Assembly: GCA_048881705.1 (NCBI GenBank)
Contig: JBHLSH010000014.1
Coordinates: 1 to 55,563 of the forward strand
DNA length: 55,563 bases
DNA from: Candidatus Heimdallarchaeota archaeon
Lineage (GTDB): Archaea > Asgardarchaeota > Heimdallarchaeia > Hodarchaeales > Hodarchaeaceae
Direction of reading: 5' to 3'
Made by a program: the position numbers and the translations under genes. The notes beneath the pieces were generated by a model. That model was not told the DNA's origin, did not search any database, and saw nothing but the letters and a program-made list of their open reading frames with translations. Of this stretch, positions 19,746-29,334 are shown in pieces; within the stretch, counting starts at the first letter, position 1; every line of letters starts with the position of its first letter.

Positions 19746-20234
19746 CTAATACGAAAAGTAATTACATGCTACTATTTCTATCAGCCAATCCTCCTCAGGT
19801 CTAAGTTCGATTTTATTGTACAATTCTCTTATCCATCCCTGAGAAAGATGGGGATCGTATTTTAGCAGCAATCGTTGATGAATCCATGCCGTTTTGGGAT
19901 TATCTAGATGGGTACAAATTCTAGCTTCTCCAACAATCCCCAAATATGGTATAAACTCAGATTCAGGATTAGGATAAGCCTTTCTATTGATGATGAGAAG
20001 GAAAACATCAGTATTTCCTGATCTAATTGCTTGGACTTTTTTAGATTTATTTCCTGCAAAGCAATAAAACTTGTTTTCATAAAAAAAAGTCCAGATAGGG
20101 ACAGAAATAGGTAACTTTCTTACCTTTGATAGATATGTTAATGTAACAGGGTTCTCGCTCCCTCCAAGCAATCTTTGTATTTGCTGGATGTTATATTTCT
20201 TTAATTGCTCTTGAATTGCTTCCACTGTGGTCAA
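19746..20234 (-). CDS. Pyridoxamine 5'-phosphate oxidase-like split-barrel protein
   Basis: PISVPIWTFF...SKKVQAIR pattern, typical of PNPOx/F420-binding barrels. Confidence 0.65.
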   Translation of the reverse strand: MTTVEAIQEQLKKYNIQQIQRLLGGSENPVTLTYLSKVRKLPISVPIWTFFYENKFYCFAGNKSKKVQAIRSGNTDVFLLIINRKAYPNPESEFIPYLGIVGEARICTHLDNPKTAWIHQRLLLKYDPHLSQGWIRELYNKIELRPEEDWLIEIVACNYFSY

Positions 20235-20279
20235 ATCCTTAAAAGTTTTGAATCTTAGACAGTGATGTTCTATGGTTTT

Positions 20280-20645
20280 TTAGCTATAAAAACTCCAGCC
20301 AAAATCGATTTCATGCAAAAAACTTTGGAATTCTAAATCTCTGCCCTCTGGATCCGTGGCAAAGAATTGGTAAATTCGGTATTTCTCATTTCTTTTTGGT
20401 TGAGTGATCGCAATATTTCGCAGTTTGTCATACATTCGGTCCACTTCTTCGATAGTTTGATAGAAGAATGTTAACAACCCGACCTTTTCTGTCTTCACTC
20501 CTTCGCAGAAACCAAATAGAAAATTATCGTGCTTAAAGATGATACAATCTTTTTGATCGACCCACACAGTCGCTTCAATCATTGATGTGTAGAAATCCAG
20601 AATTCTTTCCAATTTCTGGGTTTTTAAGAAGACAATACCTGCCAT
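20280..20645 (-). CDS. VOC/glyoxalase family protein
   Basis: LERILDFYTSM at the N-terminus and FFATDPEGRDLEFQ at the C-terminus. Confidence 0.85.
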   Translation of the reverse strand: MAGIVFLKTQKLERILDFYTSMIEATVWVDQKDCIIFKHDNFLFGFCEGVKTEKVGLLTFFYQTIEEVDRMYDKLRNIAITQPKRNEKYRIYQFFATDPEGRDLEFQSFLHEIDFGWSFYS

Positions 20646-20660
20646 GCCCTAGTTTACACC

Positions 20661-21707
20661 TTATATCTTTTTTTTGGATCTGATGACGATAGTTCCATCC
20701 TCAAGTGATCCTATGGAAACATCCCTAAATCCTACTTTAAGTAAACGGCTTTTAATTTCTGCAGCCACTGCTAATCCAGCAGTAATTGGCAGTTCAGGAA
20801 CTCTTAGTGAATTTTCAAACCGCTGCATCCGCCATTGGAGAGAGGTTTCAGGTACGGGTTGCGAGTCTGTGATTCCACGATTCCACCAATCGACAACTAC
20901 CAACTGTCCGCCGTTATTCAACACGTCATACAACTTCTGAAAGAATGCCTCAGTATGAATTCCCGCATCACATTGAAGTATCAGATCAAAACCAGAAGGT
21001 AACTCATCATAAATGAAATCCAGGGCCTTATATTCAATTCGGTCTGCCACAGCGGTTTTATCTGCGATTTCCTTGCCTACAACACAAACATTCGGGATAT
21101 CTACGACAATGACTCTCAGATCAGGATGTTGTTCTAGTAACGCCAATGAAATGACTCCCGATCCCCCACCCAAATCCATCATCTGTCTCACCCCCGTCAT
21201 GTCTAATGTCTGAGCCAGCTTTTTCGCCAGAGGGAGATGTAGCTCATAAAGTAGGTGCGTAAACCGGTGTGCTCGCCCTGGATCCTCTTTGATTTGATTA
21301 AACCAATTAGGAGGACTCAATCCCTGAGATATCCACACCGATTTCGGATGGGAAATATGCAAAGCGAGATTATTACCTGTTTGATAGTCTTCTCGCGCAT
21401 ATTGGGCCAATTGTGCCCAGGTTTCTGCACTGTAGCTTTCAAGAATGGTGGATCTAGTAATAGAAGAAATGGAATAATACCCATTGTCTTGTTCTAAAAG
21501 ATCTAATCCAACTAGCAATTCGAGCCACCAGTAAACACGATCTAGTGGTATATCAAAGGTCTCAGCGACCTTTTGCGCACTTTGGGGGCAACCATTGATT
21601 AGCTCAAATAATTTCAGTTCGAAGGCAGTTCCCAAGGCTGCTGAAACAATGTTCATCCGGAGCAGGTCTTTTACGTCTTCAAATGTCGTAACTTTAATTT
21701 CTGCCAC
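20661..21707 (-). CDS. SAM-dependent O-methyltransferase (family 2, with dimerisation domain)
   Basis: AAFELKLFE-type dimerisation helix, MMDLGGGSG, DIPNV and DFIYDELP. Confidence 0.85.
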   Translation of the reverse strand: MAEIKVTTFEDVKDLLRMNIVSAALGTAFELKLFELINGCPQSAQKVAETFDIPLDRVYWWLELLVGLDLLEQDNGYYSISSITRSTILESYSAETWAQLAQYAREDYQTGNNLALHISHPKSVWISQGLSPPNWFNQIKEDPGRAHRFTHLLYELHLPLAKKLAQTLDMTGVRQMMDLGGGSGVISLALLEQHPDLRVIVVDIPNVCVVGKEIADKTAVADRIEYKALDFIYDELPSGFDLILQCDAGIHTEAFFQKLYDVLNNGGQLVVVDWWNRGITDSQPVPETSLQWRMQRFENSLRVPELPITAGLAVAAEIKSRLLKVGFRDVSIGSLEDGTIVIRSKKKI

Positions 21708-21816
21708 CTATCCATTATTTACCGTGGTCGGATATCGGAATTCTTATTAGCGGATTAATAGGTTATTACTTGATCTACTTTATCAATTCAATTTTCTTCT
21801 CTGGAAAGGCGATGAC

Positions 21817-22500
21817 ATGAGATCGTTACCAAAATTGCTAATTGGGATTAGCATATTTGGGATGGTGTTCGGGTTTTTAAACTTATTTCTCTTTCAAACC
21901 ACCTTCGGAGTGCTAGATATTGACCAATCCTCAATTAGCACCACATTCCACCTGAAGGAAGGGTATTATTCGATTAATGCTGTTGGTGAGAATCAAGCAT
22001 TTGGATTCAGTTCAGGTGAACTCAGTCTCCTCTCTATTGATGGGTCAGGTGCCTTTTCTCCTATTTCCATTTCGTTTTCATTTGATGGAGAGAGTTCTTT
22101 TTCCGCGATTATGCTCGCTTCCGTCAAAATTGAGAAAGAGGGGGATTATTACCTCCAGTATAATGAGTTTCAATCTAATACAATCGGAATGGTGAAAATC
22201 ACTCTTCAGCAGTCGTTCATTGCTGGTCTCTTTGGAATCACTGAATTCACCTTTGTGTTTTACAGCACAGGCGTCCTTATCAGTAGTATCATACTCGCCA
22301 CCATCTGGTCATTCAGTTCTCGCGACCGTTCTGTGCCCCCAGATTATCCCTCCGAGCCTGTCCAAAGGGAAGATCGCGGGGATTTCGTATTTGACGATTC
22401 TCCATCATATCCCAAGAGTTCCCGCCTGATCGAATGTCCACTTTGTGGAACTCGGTCCGATGGGTTGTTCTGCGAAAAATGCGGGACGAATTTAAGATAA
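21817..22500 (+). CDS. Membrane protein with C-terminal zinc ribbon
   Basis: N-terminal TM or signal segment, a second TM near the C-terminus, and CPLCG...CEKCG. Confidence 0.75.
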   Translation: MRSLPKLLIGISIFGMVFGFLNLFLFQTTFGVLDIDQSSISTTFHLKEGYYSINAVGENQAFGFSSGELSLLSIDGSGAFSPISISFSFDGESSFSAIMLASVKIEKEGDYYLQYNEFQSNTIGMVKITLQQSFIAGLFGITEFTFVFYSTGVLISSIILATIWSFSSRDRSVPPDYPSEPVQREDRGDFVFDDSPSYPKSSRLIECPLCGTRSDGLFCEKCGTNLR

Positions 22501-22544
22501 GAGGACGTAGGAACCGTTGCCGAATCACGACTCCGAATTAAAAC

Positions 22545-23492
22545 TTATCTGTATTTTTCGATGATATGTTGCTGATAGGTTCCGTCATACTTCCCCATTT
22601 TTATATTATTTAACTCCGTGAAAACCTTATATCCCCCTGCTACTTGTAGAATAATTGCTACAAAGAAAATTAAGGTTGCTAAAACTAAAACTGTTTGGCC
22701 ATTTTGGATAGCTGATAGTGAAAGGGTTTCTAATCCACTTAGAAACATCACATATGTGGCCACGAGTAATAATGACCCCATTACCTCACATAGAGCACAC
22801 CACCTGATGCGGCTTGTTGTAGCATTATGGGGAGCTCCCAAGAAAATTATAAGCTCTTCAAACCATTGAGTGAAGCTATGAGCTCCTATCAAGAAAATAA
22901 ATGCTGAACCTGTCATAATTACTGAAATTAATAATCCTTGATAAATAAAAGTTCTCAGTCCCTCTAGAGACACGCCGTCCGGAATCGTGAGGACAGATTC
23001 GGTCATTACAGTCCCGATAAATTCAATCACTGCATATAGAATAAATAAGAGTGGTACAAATCTGACTTTTCTGTTTAATGATCCGGGTTCTAATTGAGAT
23101 ATTGAGTAAATTCCAAATGCAAACAGTGTTAGTGCTCCAAGGTCAACCAGTTGATTCATAAATGTAGATAAACTACTCTCCACTCCGACCAAGATTATTC
23201 CAAGGACTAGGGATATGATCGGTCCAAATGCAAATGCTGCGCTGCCATTAATTAGATATTGATAGTTCCTATGGATTATCAAATTCATATAATGGATACG
23301 GGGAGGTCGAATGTAAGGTGAAGGTCTACCATAAGATATCCTTGACGAATCGACTGGCGGAAAAAATTGGGGTGGAGTTTGAATCGGCTGAGGACTACTT
23401 TCCTGCGGTTCTACAGGAAATTTATGACCGCAATTTCCACAATAAGCACTTCCCTCGAAATTTTCCACTCCACAGGTAGGACAATATTTCAT
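22545..23492 (-). CDS. Zinc-ribbon-containing multi-pass membrane protein
   Basis: N-terminal CPTCG...CGNCG, a Pro-rich linker and about 6 TM segments. Confidence 0.78.
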   Translation of the reverse strand: MKYCPTCGVENFEGSAYCGNCGHKFPVEPQESSPQPIQTPPQFFPPVDSSRISYGRPSPYIRPPRIHYMNLIIHRNYQYLINGSAAFAFGPIISLVLGIILVGVESSLSTFMNQLVDLGALTLFAFGIYSISQLEPGSLNRKVRFVPLLFILYAVIEFIGTVMTESVLTIPDGVSLEGLRTFIYQGLLISVIMTGSAFIFLIGAHSFTQWFEELIIFLGAPHNATTSRIRWCALCEVMGSLLLVATYVMFLSGLETLSLSAIQNGQTVLVLATLIFFVAIILQVAGGYKVFTELNNIKMGKYDGTYQQHIIEKYR

Positions 23493-23576
23493 AAGTTCAT
23501 TCCCCGACTCTTATCCTTTGGTCATATCTCCTTTATTATATCTTTTAAGATTCGATCAAAGTAAAAAAAGGGGAAA

Positions 23577-24302
23577 TCATCCCCTAGATACTGGTAAGTA
23601 GGGTTTTAGAAGTGCGGCCAACAGGCCTATCTCACGATTTTGGGTGTAAACAACACCCGGACCCGTGTATCGAATAACAATTCCTTCTCCTCCTAATACC
23701 AAGCTTTTAGTACCCCCGACTTTAGAGATTCTTGCATTATCGTGCATATCAGCTGGTACTGCCATTAAAACTCCATTATCTACCACGAATTCTTGATTGG
23801 ATTCTAGATCGTGACGTTCTACAAAGCCATACCCCCCTATCCAAACATCACCTTCAGCCTCTGCCATTATCTTGGTCAATACGAGACCTTCTCCCCCAAA
23901 CAAACCTTTTGCGCCCCCCCATCTCGAAGTTACTTCAATACTGGGAGTTCCACAAATATATGCATCCTGGCTGAGTACCCATTCTTCACCTTTTTCTAGA
24001 TGGAGATGAATAATATCACCTGGTGCTCCATGAGCAAATGCCACCATCCCAGGAGGAACTCCATCGGGAAGCGAGAAGAAGTTTTGAAACATGGATTCTC
24101 CTGAAAACTTGCGTTTCAATCCTCTCATAACTCCCCCTGCTGATTTTGTTTCCATCTGGATATGTCCGTCCATATAAACCATCGCGCCCCCTTCCGCCCG
24201 CACTTGCTGACCAGGTTGTTCGAGGAAAACTCTAACTATCGAAAATGCTGGCCCGCCTGTTATCTCATATTTTAGAAATGACCTATCTTTTTCACTTTGC
24301 AT
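23577..24302 (-). CDS. TIGR00266/AIM24 family protein
   Basis: VRAEGGAMVYM, GESMFQNFF, LFGGEGL, VDNGV and GEGIVIRYTGPGVVYTQNR. Confidence 0.9.
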   Translation of the reverse strand: MQSEKDRSFLKYEITGGPAFSIVRVFLEQPGQQVRAEGGAMVYMDGHIQMETKSAGGVMRGLKRKFSGESMFQNFFSLPDGVPPGMVAFAHGAPGDIIHLHLEKGEEWVLSQDAYICGTPSIEVTSRWGGAKGLFGGEGLVLTKIMAEAEGDVWIGGYGFVERHDLESNQEFVVDNGVLMAVPADMHDNARISKVGGTKSLVLGGEGIVIRYTGPGVVYTQNREIGLLAALLKPYLPVSRG

Positions 24303-24596
24303 AATTTCCTACTCGTTTATCCTTTTTTTGCTTCTATAAATTGTCAATTCCTCCTGTATATGTATTTATTTACTCTTTCGATAGTAAAACCTAGGTGGAC
24401 AGATGCAGAAAGGCACGTGGGCAAGAAAAGAAAGGCCCTTCAACAGGGGTCATCTCAAAAGACTCGGGTGCAGCATTTACGGAATAGAATCACTGATGAT
24501 ACCAGTATTGTGGTTAAAAGAGGGGTGCCACCGCCTGGATTGATCGCATTTTCGTCAATCGTAATTATTATTGTATGAGCGTCATTCTTCCAGGAT

Positions 24597-25481
24597 TCAT
24601 CCGTATGCTACACTTCTGAAACCATATAGCCGTGATAAATCCTGTTGAAGTGGGGTTCCAAAGGTCATTTTTAGATTATCTAGCAATGGCTGAGGTTTTA
24701 AGGTCGCCACTTCTGTTAATTGCTTTTTCAGGGGAGTATCTTCAACCAAAATTAACGATGTGGCTCCCAATTCAATGGCTTTCAGAAGTATCTCCTGAGC
24801 CAAACGCAGAGAATCCGCTATGATGGGTCCGATTCTTGTTTTGTATAAAAAACCATAACCATGACCGGGGTCATTGATAATCGGCACCTTGTCGTATCTA
24901 TGGATCGGAAACAATTTTTGGCGGTCAATGCCTGTCACCTCTCTGTCCATTTTAAGAATCCAATCAGGTATTGTCGTGTCGATCTGCAAATCCTGTTTGG
25001 AGTTCTTCCTTGTTTCTGCAATATCATATCCACAGATCGGATAGTTTGCCTTGAAATCTATAGACTGGTAAAATGGAATTCCTGCCTGGGATGAACAGAG
25101 TTCAATTGTTTCTAATTGGATTTCTCGTGCTATTTCCAATACCTTCAGCATTAGTTTTCTTCCTAATCCCCGACCCTGAAAATTGGGATCTACCCCTACA
25201 TATGGAATCCACCCTGTCGTCTCTACTGGAATCAATGAGGAAAATCCTACATAATTGGCAGATTTCCCACCTTGACTCTCTCGCACTCCCACACAATGAA
25301 AACGTCCTTGCTCATAAAACATCTTAATGCTGTTTAAAATCCATTCTTCTATTTCCTGCTCATCTCCATAGTGTTCTGCAAAACCCATGGCTTTGATGAA
25401 TGGAGGCAGTGCTAGGTGAAAAGTATCTTCACCTAGAATATCTACAACAAAGTTTTTCACCGTTAAATCCCATTCTAGCAA
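24597..25481 (-). CDS. GNAT family N-acetyltransferase with YitH-like C-terminal domain
   Basis: Acetyl-CoA motif VDPNFQGRGLGRKL, GIPFYQSIDF and RIGPIIA. Confidence 0.82.
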   Translation of the reverse strand: MLEWDLTVKNFVVDILGEDTFHLALPPFIKAMGFAEHYGDEQEIEEWILNSIKMFYEQGRFHCVGVRESQGGKSANYVGFSSLIPVETTGWIPYVGVDPNFQGRGLGRKLMLKVLEIAREIQLETIELCSSQAGIPFYQSIDFKANYPICGYDIAETRKNSKQDLQIDTTIPDWILKMDREVTGIDRQKLFPIHRYDKVPIINDPGHGYGFLYKTRIGPIIADSLRLAQEILLKAIELGATSLILVEDTPLKKQLTEVATLKPQPLLDNLKMTFGTPLQQDLSRLYGFRSVAYG

Positions 25482-25651
25482 GTTGGTTCTCCCAATCTTA
25501 TATCTACTGGTTCTACCATAAAAGTACCTAAATCAGCAAAGCGAATGTAGATATTTTAGGTTTCTATATCGTATCGTTAATGGGAGAACCTTACTAAGCA
25601 GCTTGGTTCTTATAAAACAGGTGTTTTCTTCGCTTACATAGGCATTTTAAG

Positions 25652-26641
25652 TTGAGAACTCACATACCAAAGCAGTTGATAACCTGGTTCAGGGACAATC
25701 CCGAAGCTGTCCTGTGTCAGCGTGATCCTGGACAGCAAATTGTCTTTTCGCCCGTCTACGTTCATATCATTCATTCCACCGCTCTTGAGATCCTGCTTCC
25801 GAAGGATAGCCTTTCCAATCTTTACTTGAGCAAAAGATACTACCGAACTGTCACACTAGTGACTCATAAATCTACAAAGTCCAATCCCAATGAGAATAAA
25901 GGCCTTTTTTTAATCGCTTCCATTGAATCATGGGAAGCTCATCCTTGTGACAACCTCCTCTCGGGAAATAAACGCCTTAAAGCATTCAATCGAATGTGGG
26001 CGGGCCAGGAGCTAGTTCGTGTGACTTTGAATCCTTATCGGGCAAGCTATTGGTCGGGGATTCGTTTTGGTAGTTATCGATGGCGGCCTCTACCTAAGAA
26101 CCTACCCAGAGATTTCTTTCCAGTAACTATCCTTCCAAGACTCAGAACTAAAAATCTTCTTACACCCAGCGAAGAATCCGTTTTACGGCGAGCTCACTTT
26201 CTCTACATTGCCGTAATCAATCGCTTTGGAACAATTCATGCTACCCCTGTTCACTTCATCGCCATTAGAAATCGAATTCTTCTAGCCACTAGTTTTGCTT
26301 CTACGAAGCTCAAAGGGTTTAGAACCTCCCAGATTGGGGTGGGTTTCACTTACCCGACCACCCACGGCCGACCAGAGTATGCCCAGGCACTTACACTCCG
26401 AGGAACAACTTTTGCTTATGGTTGGAACTTCCTGACAGCATTAGCGTTTGGCCTCATCTTTGGGCCGTACCTAGCATTTGTGGCTTTTAGAATGTATCAA
26501 AAATATCCTACCACAATTCAGAATTTTCCTTTTCGCAAGACGCCTTATAGATGGCAATTTATTCCTCTCATTGGTCGAACCATCATGGAGATTTGCCATA
26601 CGGACGGTGCTGAGAATCAAGCTGTCAACCATTCAAGTTAG
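25652..26641 (+). CDS. Protein with tandem PNPOx-like split-barrel domains
   Basis: Two barrel-like segments (VFSPVYVH... and FLYIAVINRFGTIHATPVHF...STKLKGF) and a hydrophobic insert near the C-terminus. Confidence 0.5.
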   Translation: MRTHIPKQLITWFRDNPEAVLCQRDPGQQIVFSPVYVHIIHSTALEILLPKDSLSNLYLSKRYYRTVTLVTHKSTKSNPNENKGLFLIASIESWEAHPCDNLLSGNKRLKAFNRMWAGQELVRVTLNPYRASYWSGIRFGSYRWRPLPKNLPRDFFPVTILPRLRTKNLLTPSEESVLRRAHFLYIAVINRFGTIHATPVHFIAIRNRILLATSFASTKLKGFRTSQIGVGFTYPTTHGRPEYAQALTLRGTTFAYGWNFLTALAFGLIFGPYLAFVAFRMYQKYPTTIQNFPFRKTPYRWQFIPLIGRTIMEICHTDGAENQAVNHSS

Positions 26642-27115
26642 GTGGCGATTTATATCGGTGATCTCGGTAACATCAGGAATATGGTTCAAGGTCTTACGCA
26701 TTATATAGGTGACCCAGAGCAAAATGATAGCAAAAAGGACGTCTGAGAGACCTAAAAGAAAGTATATGAACTCGTTAGTACCATTAAAAAGCCCAACAAC
26801 TGCAAATGAAAAGTATACGATTCGGCCCATTGCTGAACCAGCGGGAATGATCCAAAGATGCACTGCTCCAGGATCGGGGTATTTGTAGGCTGTAAAAATG
26901 AGCCACACACCTATAGAAATTAAGAAGGCCGCTGATACATCGCCATATAATCGTGGACTGGGTAGTTGTAGGTTGATCAATGGCCACGAGAAAAACAGAT
27001 CCCGAAGCAATAATAAAATTCCAACAACTATTGGATGGAGGCCAGCCAGCAGAAGCCAAAAGCGAGGCCAAAAATAAGGATTCTTATAAATCATTTTGGA
27101 TGAGGATGGAATCAT
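26633..27115 (-). CDS. Hypothetical 4-TM membrane protein
   Basis: Four hydrophobic helices; ATG start. Confidence 0.65.
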   Translation of the reverse strand: MIPSSSKMIYKNPYFWPRFWLLLAGLHPIVVGILLLLRDLFFSWPLINLQLPSPRLYGDVSAAFLISIGVWLIFTAYKYPDPGAVHLWIIPAGSAMGRIVYFSFAVVGLFNGTNEFIYFLLGLSDVLFAIILLWVTYIMRKTLNHIPDVTEITDINRHLT

Positions 27116-27174
27116 AATGGGTCCTCCAGGGAATTATTTCGGATTTCTTTTTCTAAAAGGAGAGTAAACTACAG

Positions 27175-27588
27175 TTGATAATCAGATGGGTCATTATTGG
27201 TATCCTAGCTACTACGAGCATGACAATCCCCCAGCTGGTGTTAATCTGGCGTTATGACAAAAGAATTGTCCCCGAATTCTATGAGAATGCCCATTTACTG
27301 ACTAAAATATTTCCGAGCTACTCTTGGGAAGAATTATATTGGAAAGCAACTCCTTTACATTATCTTCATGGGGTGTTAGGGGCGACCGCCTTAGGTATAG
27401 TTCTGTGTTTATTTGAAATTACAATGGCTCCTTTGATTGCATTTGTTTATGCCCTAATATTATGGATCGGACTCCTTCTAATTCATAAACCAATTACTGG
27501 AGAGAATATCCTCCAACAAAGAGGATCGCTTCTTACGAGCTTCTTTTCACATTTGTTTTATTCCGGAATTCTTCTATGGCTATTCTAA
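27175..27588 (+). CDS. Small 4-TM membrane protein (DUF6789/DUF1440-like)
   Basis: His-containing TM motifs HYLHGVLG and HLFYSGIL. Confidence 0.65.
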   Translation: MIIRWVIIGILATTSMTIPQLVLIWRYDKRIVPEFYENAHLLTKIFPSYSWEELYWKATPLHYLHGVLGATALGIVLCLFEITMAPLIAFVYALILWIGLLLIHKPITGENILQQRGSLLTSFFSHLFYSGILLWLF

Positions 27589-27605
27589 CATGAAGTGGTG
27601 CTTGT

Positions 27606-28052
27606 ATGGACATTCTGTTTCTAATTTTTAATGGATTTATAATAGGAATATTAGCGACTGGGATTATGTCAATTGGAAATATTCTCGTTTGGCGTAAATG
27701 GGGATTTCAAGGTGTTTTAGAGTGGGATGAGTCGAAAGGCATGATAGAAAAACTCCTCAGAAGGCCAATCCAAGAAACGAACATCTTGGTATATCTGCTC
27801 CATTTCTTCAATGGGGGATTACTCGCTGTTCCATTTCTTGTTCTAGTAAGTTGGTTGAAAATGGAAAACATATTAGTGGTGGTAGGGGTAATATATGCAC
27901 TGATTGTGTGGCTGGTAACGTTAGCACCTGTCCATAAATGGTTAACTGGCAATAATCTTTTCTCCTATCCAAAATTTGTTTACATAAGTATAGGAAATCA
28001 CCTTTTGTACGGATTAATACTGGGAATCTTCGTGGACCTTTCCTTGTGGTAA
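27606..28052 (+). CDS. Small 4-TM membrane protein, tandem paralogue of 27175..27588
   Basis: GILATGIMS, HFFNGGLL and HLLYGLILG match the upstream gene. Confidence 0.68.
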   Translation: MDILFLIFNGFIIGILATGIMSIGNILVWRKWGFQGVLEWDESKGMIEKLLRRPIQETNILVYLLHFFNGGLLAVPFLVLVSWLKMENILVVVGVIYALIVWLVTLAPVHKWLTGNNLFSYPKFVYISIGNHLLYGLILGIFVDLSLW

Positions 28053-28474
28053 TCCCCTTTGATTCTGAAACTGTACAATGTTAGTGTGATCATTCCTCCG
28101 AGAAGGAGATATACCATTTCAAGAGAAATGAGGTTCAGTATCTCATGATTTTGGAATAAAATCATGACAACATGCCCAATTGCTGCAGCCAGTAAGTGAA
28201 ATGCAATTAGATAGAAAACAGATCTGTCTACGGGGTGAGAAAAGACTATTTTTGATTTCCTTAGCGCCAATAGTAATAATCCACCTCCGTAAATCCCTCC
28301 TAATGCTACTAATGCATCGTACCAGAAAGGTATAAGCTCAGCAAACGTACTGTTGGTAATAATCCGCACCAGCATTAGTGATATCCCCAATAGATATGTG
28401 AGGAGAATTACTACCCGAAAATAGGATTTGGATAGATTTATTCTCAAAATCGTGTTGGATTGCACTTTAGACAT
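27998..28474 (-). CDS. Hypothetical 4-TM membrane protein, last gene of the crtI-crtY arm
   Basis: Starts 12 nt after the crtY stop; four hydrophobic segments. Confidence 0.7.
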   Translation of the reverse strand: MSKVQSNTILRINLSKSYFRVVILLTYLLGISLMLVRIITNSTFAELIPFWYDALVALGGIYGGGLLLLALRKSKIVFSHPVDRSVFYLIAFHLLAAAIGHVVMILFQNHEILNLISLEMVYLLLGGMITLTLYSFRIKGDYHKERSTKIPSINPYKR

Positions 28475-28486
28475 GATGATTCACTC

Positions 28487-29320
28487 TTATGACACGGTTC
28501 CCTTTTCTTTATCAATAAATCTGTATACTAACACGTTTTTCAGGAACGTTACTAATGATCTCATCCGCTCTTGACTATGAACATCCATCAGTAGTATAAA
28601 CCCAAAAACAATCAGAATATCTGTGACAAAAAAGAAAATCAATTCTTCTAATGGTAGAACTCCACCAATCAAAATGCCTAAGGAGGTTGCTGGAGCTATC
28701 GTCCACACACCATTGAAGATTGCGTATGCATCAACCACGGAGAGATAAAGGGATGGAATGAGGATCGCGGGTAAAACGAGTTTTCGATGCCTCCAAAGAA
28801 TATCAGCTCCAAATCCCAATTGGAATAGAATAGGAGGGAAAAACCACACAATGATTAACGCTAAATACGTTCCATTCGAAAAATCTAAAATAAAAATGAT
28901 AAGAGAGAGAATCCACGGTAAGAAAAACGTCAAAAAACCGATTGATCTTATTAAGGATCCGCTTTTTGGTTGTTTTGAGCTGGGTTGATAATAATTTAGA
29001 CCCCATATGACGATTGAACCGACCAATAGGGGTTGGACAACGAAAAAGGTGTACTCCTCGACTGGTACAAAACCGATGATGATACCCAAAATCTGATTTA
29101 GTTCATAAAACCAAACACCTGTTGCCACCAAATAATTATCCCAAGGCGTAGTATAAATTAAAGCAATTGCACTTAAAATAAATAGCCCCACCACGGGATT
29201 AATTCCTAATAATATCTGTTTTTTGCCTTTTTTCCTACGTGATTCAAATAAATTTATGAGGAAAACCCCAAGGAAGGGTAAAAAAATGAAATAGATAAGA
29301 AAATCTAAGTAGGTTAACAT
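28487..29320 (-). CDS. crtY: Lycopene cyclase, fused CrtYc/Yd membrane type
   Basis: Duplicated domain: PWDNYLVATGVW...PVEEYTFF and VDAYAIFNGVW...PLEELIFF. Adjacent to crtI. Confidence 0.88.
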   Translation of the reverse strand: MLTYLDFLIYFIFLPFLGVFLINLFESRRKKGKKQILLGINPVVGLFILSAIALIYTTPWDNYLVATGVWFYELNQILGIIIGFVPVEEYTFFVVQPLLVGSIVIWGLNYYQPSSKQPKSGSLIRSIGFLTFFLPWILSLIIFILDFSNGTYLALIIVWFFPPILFQLGFGADILWRHRKLVLPAILIPSLYLSVVDAYAIFNGVWTIAPATSLGILIGGVLPLEELIFFFVTDILIVFGFILLMDVHSQERMRSLVTFLKNVLVYRFIDKEKGTVS

Positions 29321-29334
29321 ATATCCTCCTCCGT

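Noticed and set aside
24297-24600. 93-aa + strand ORF, and a minus-strand open stretch resembling a C-terminal membrane anchor (INPGGGTPLLTTILVSSVILFRK)
   Set aside because: No family match for the + ORF. The minus stretch has no start codon and is too short to support as a pseudogene.
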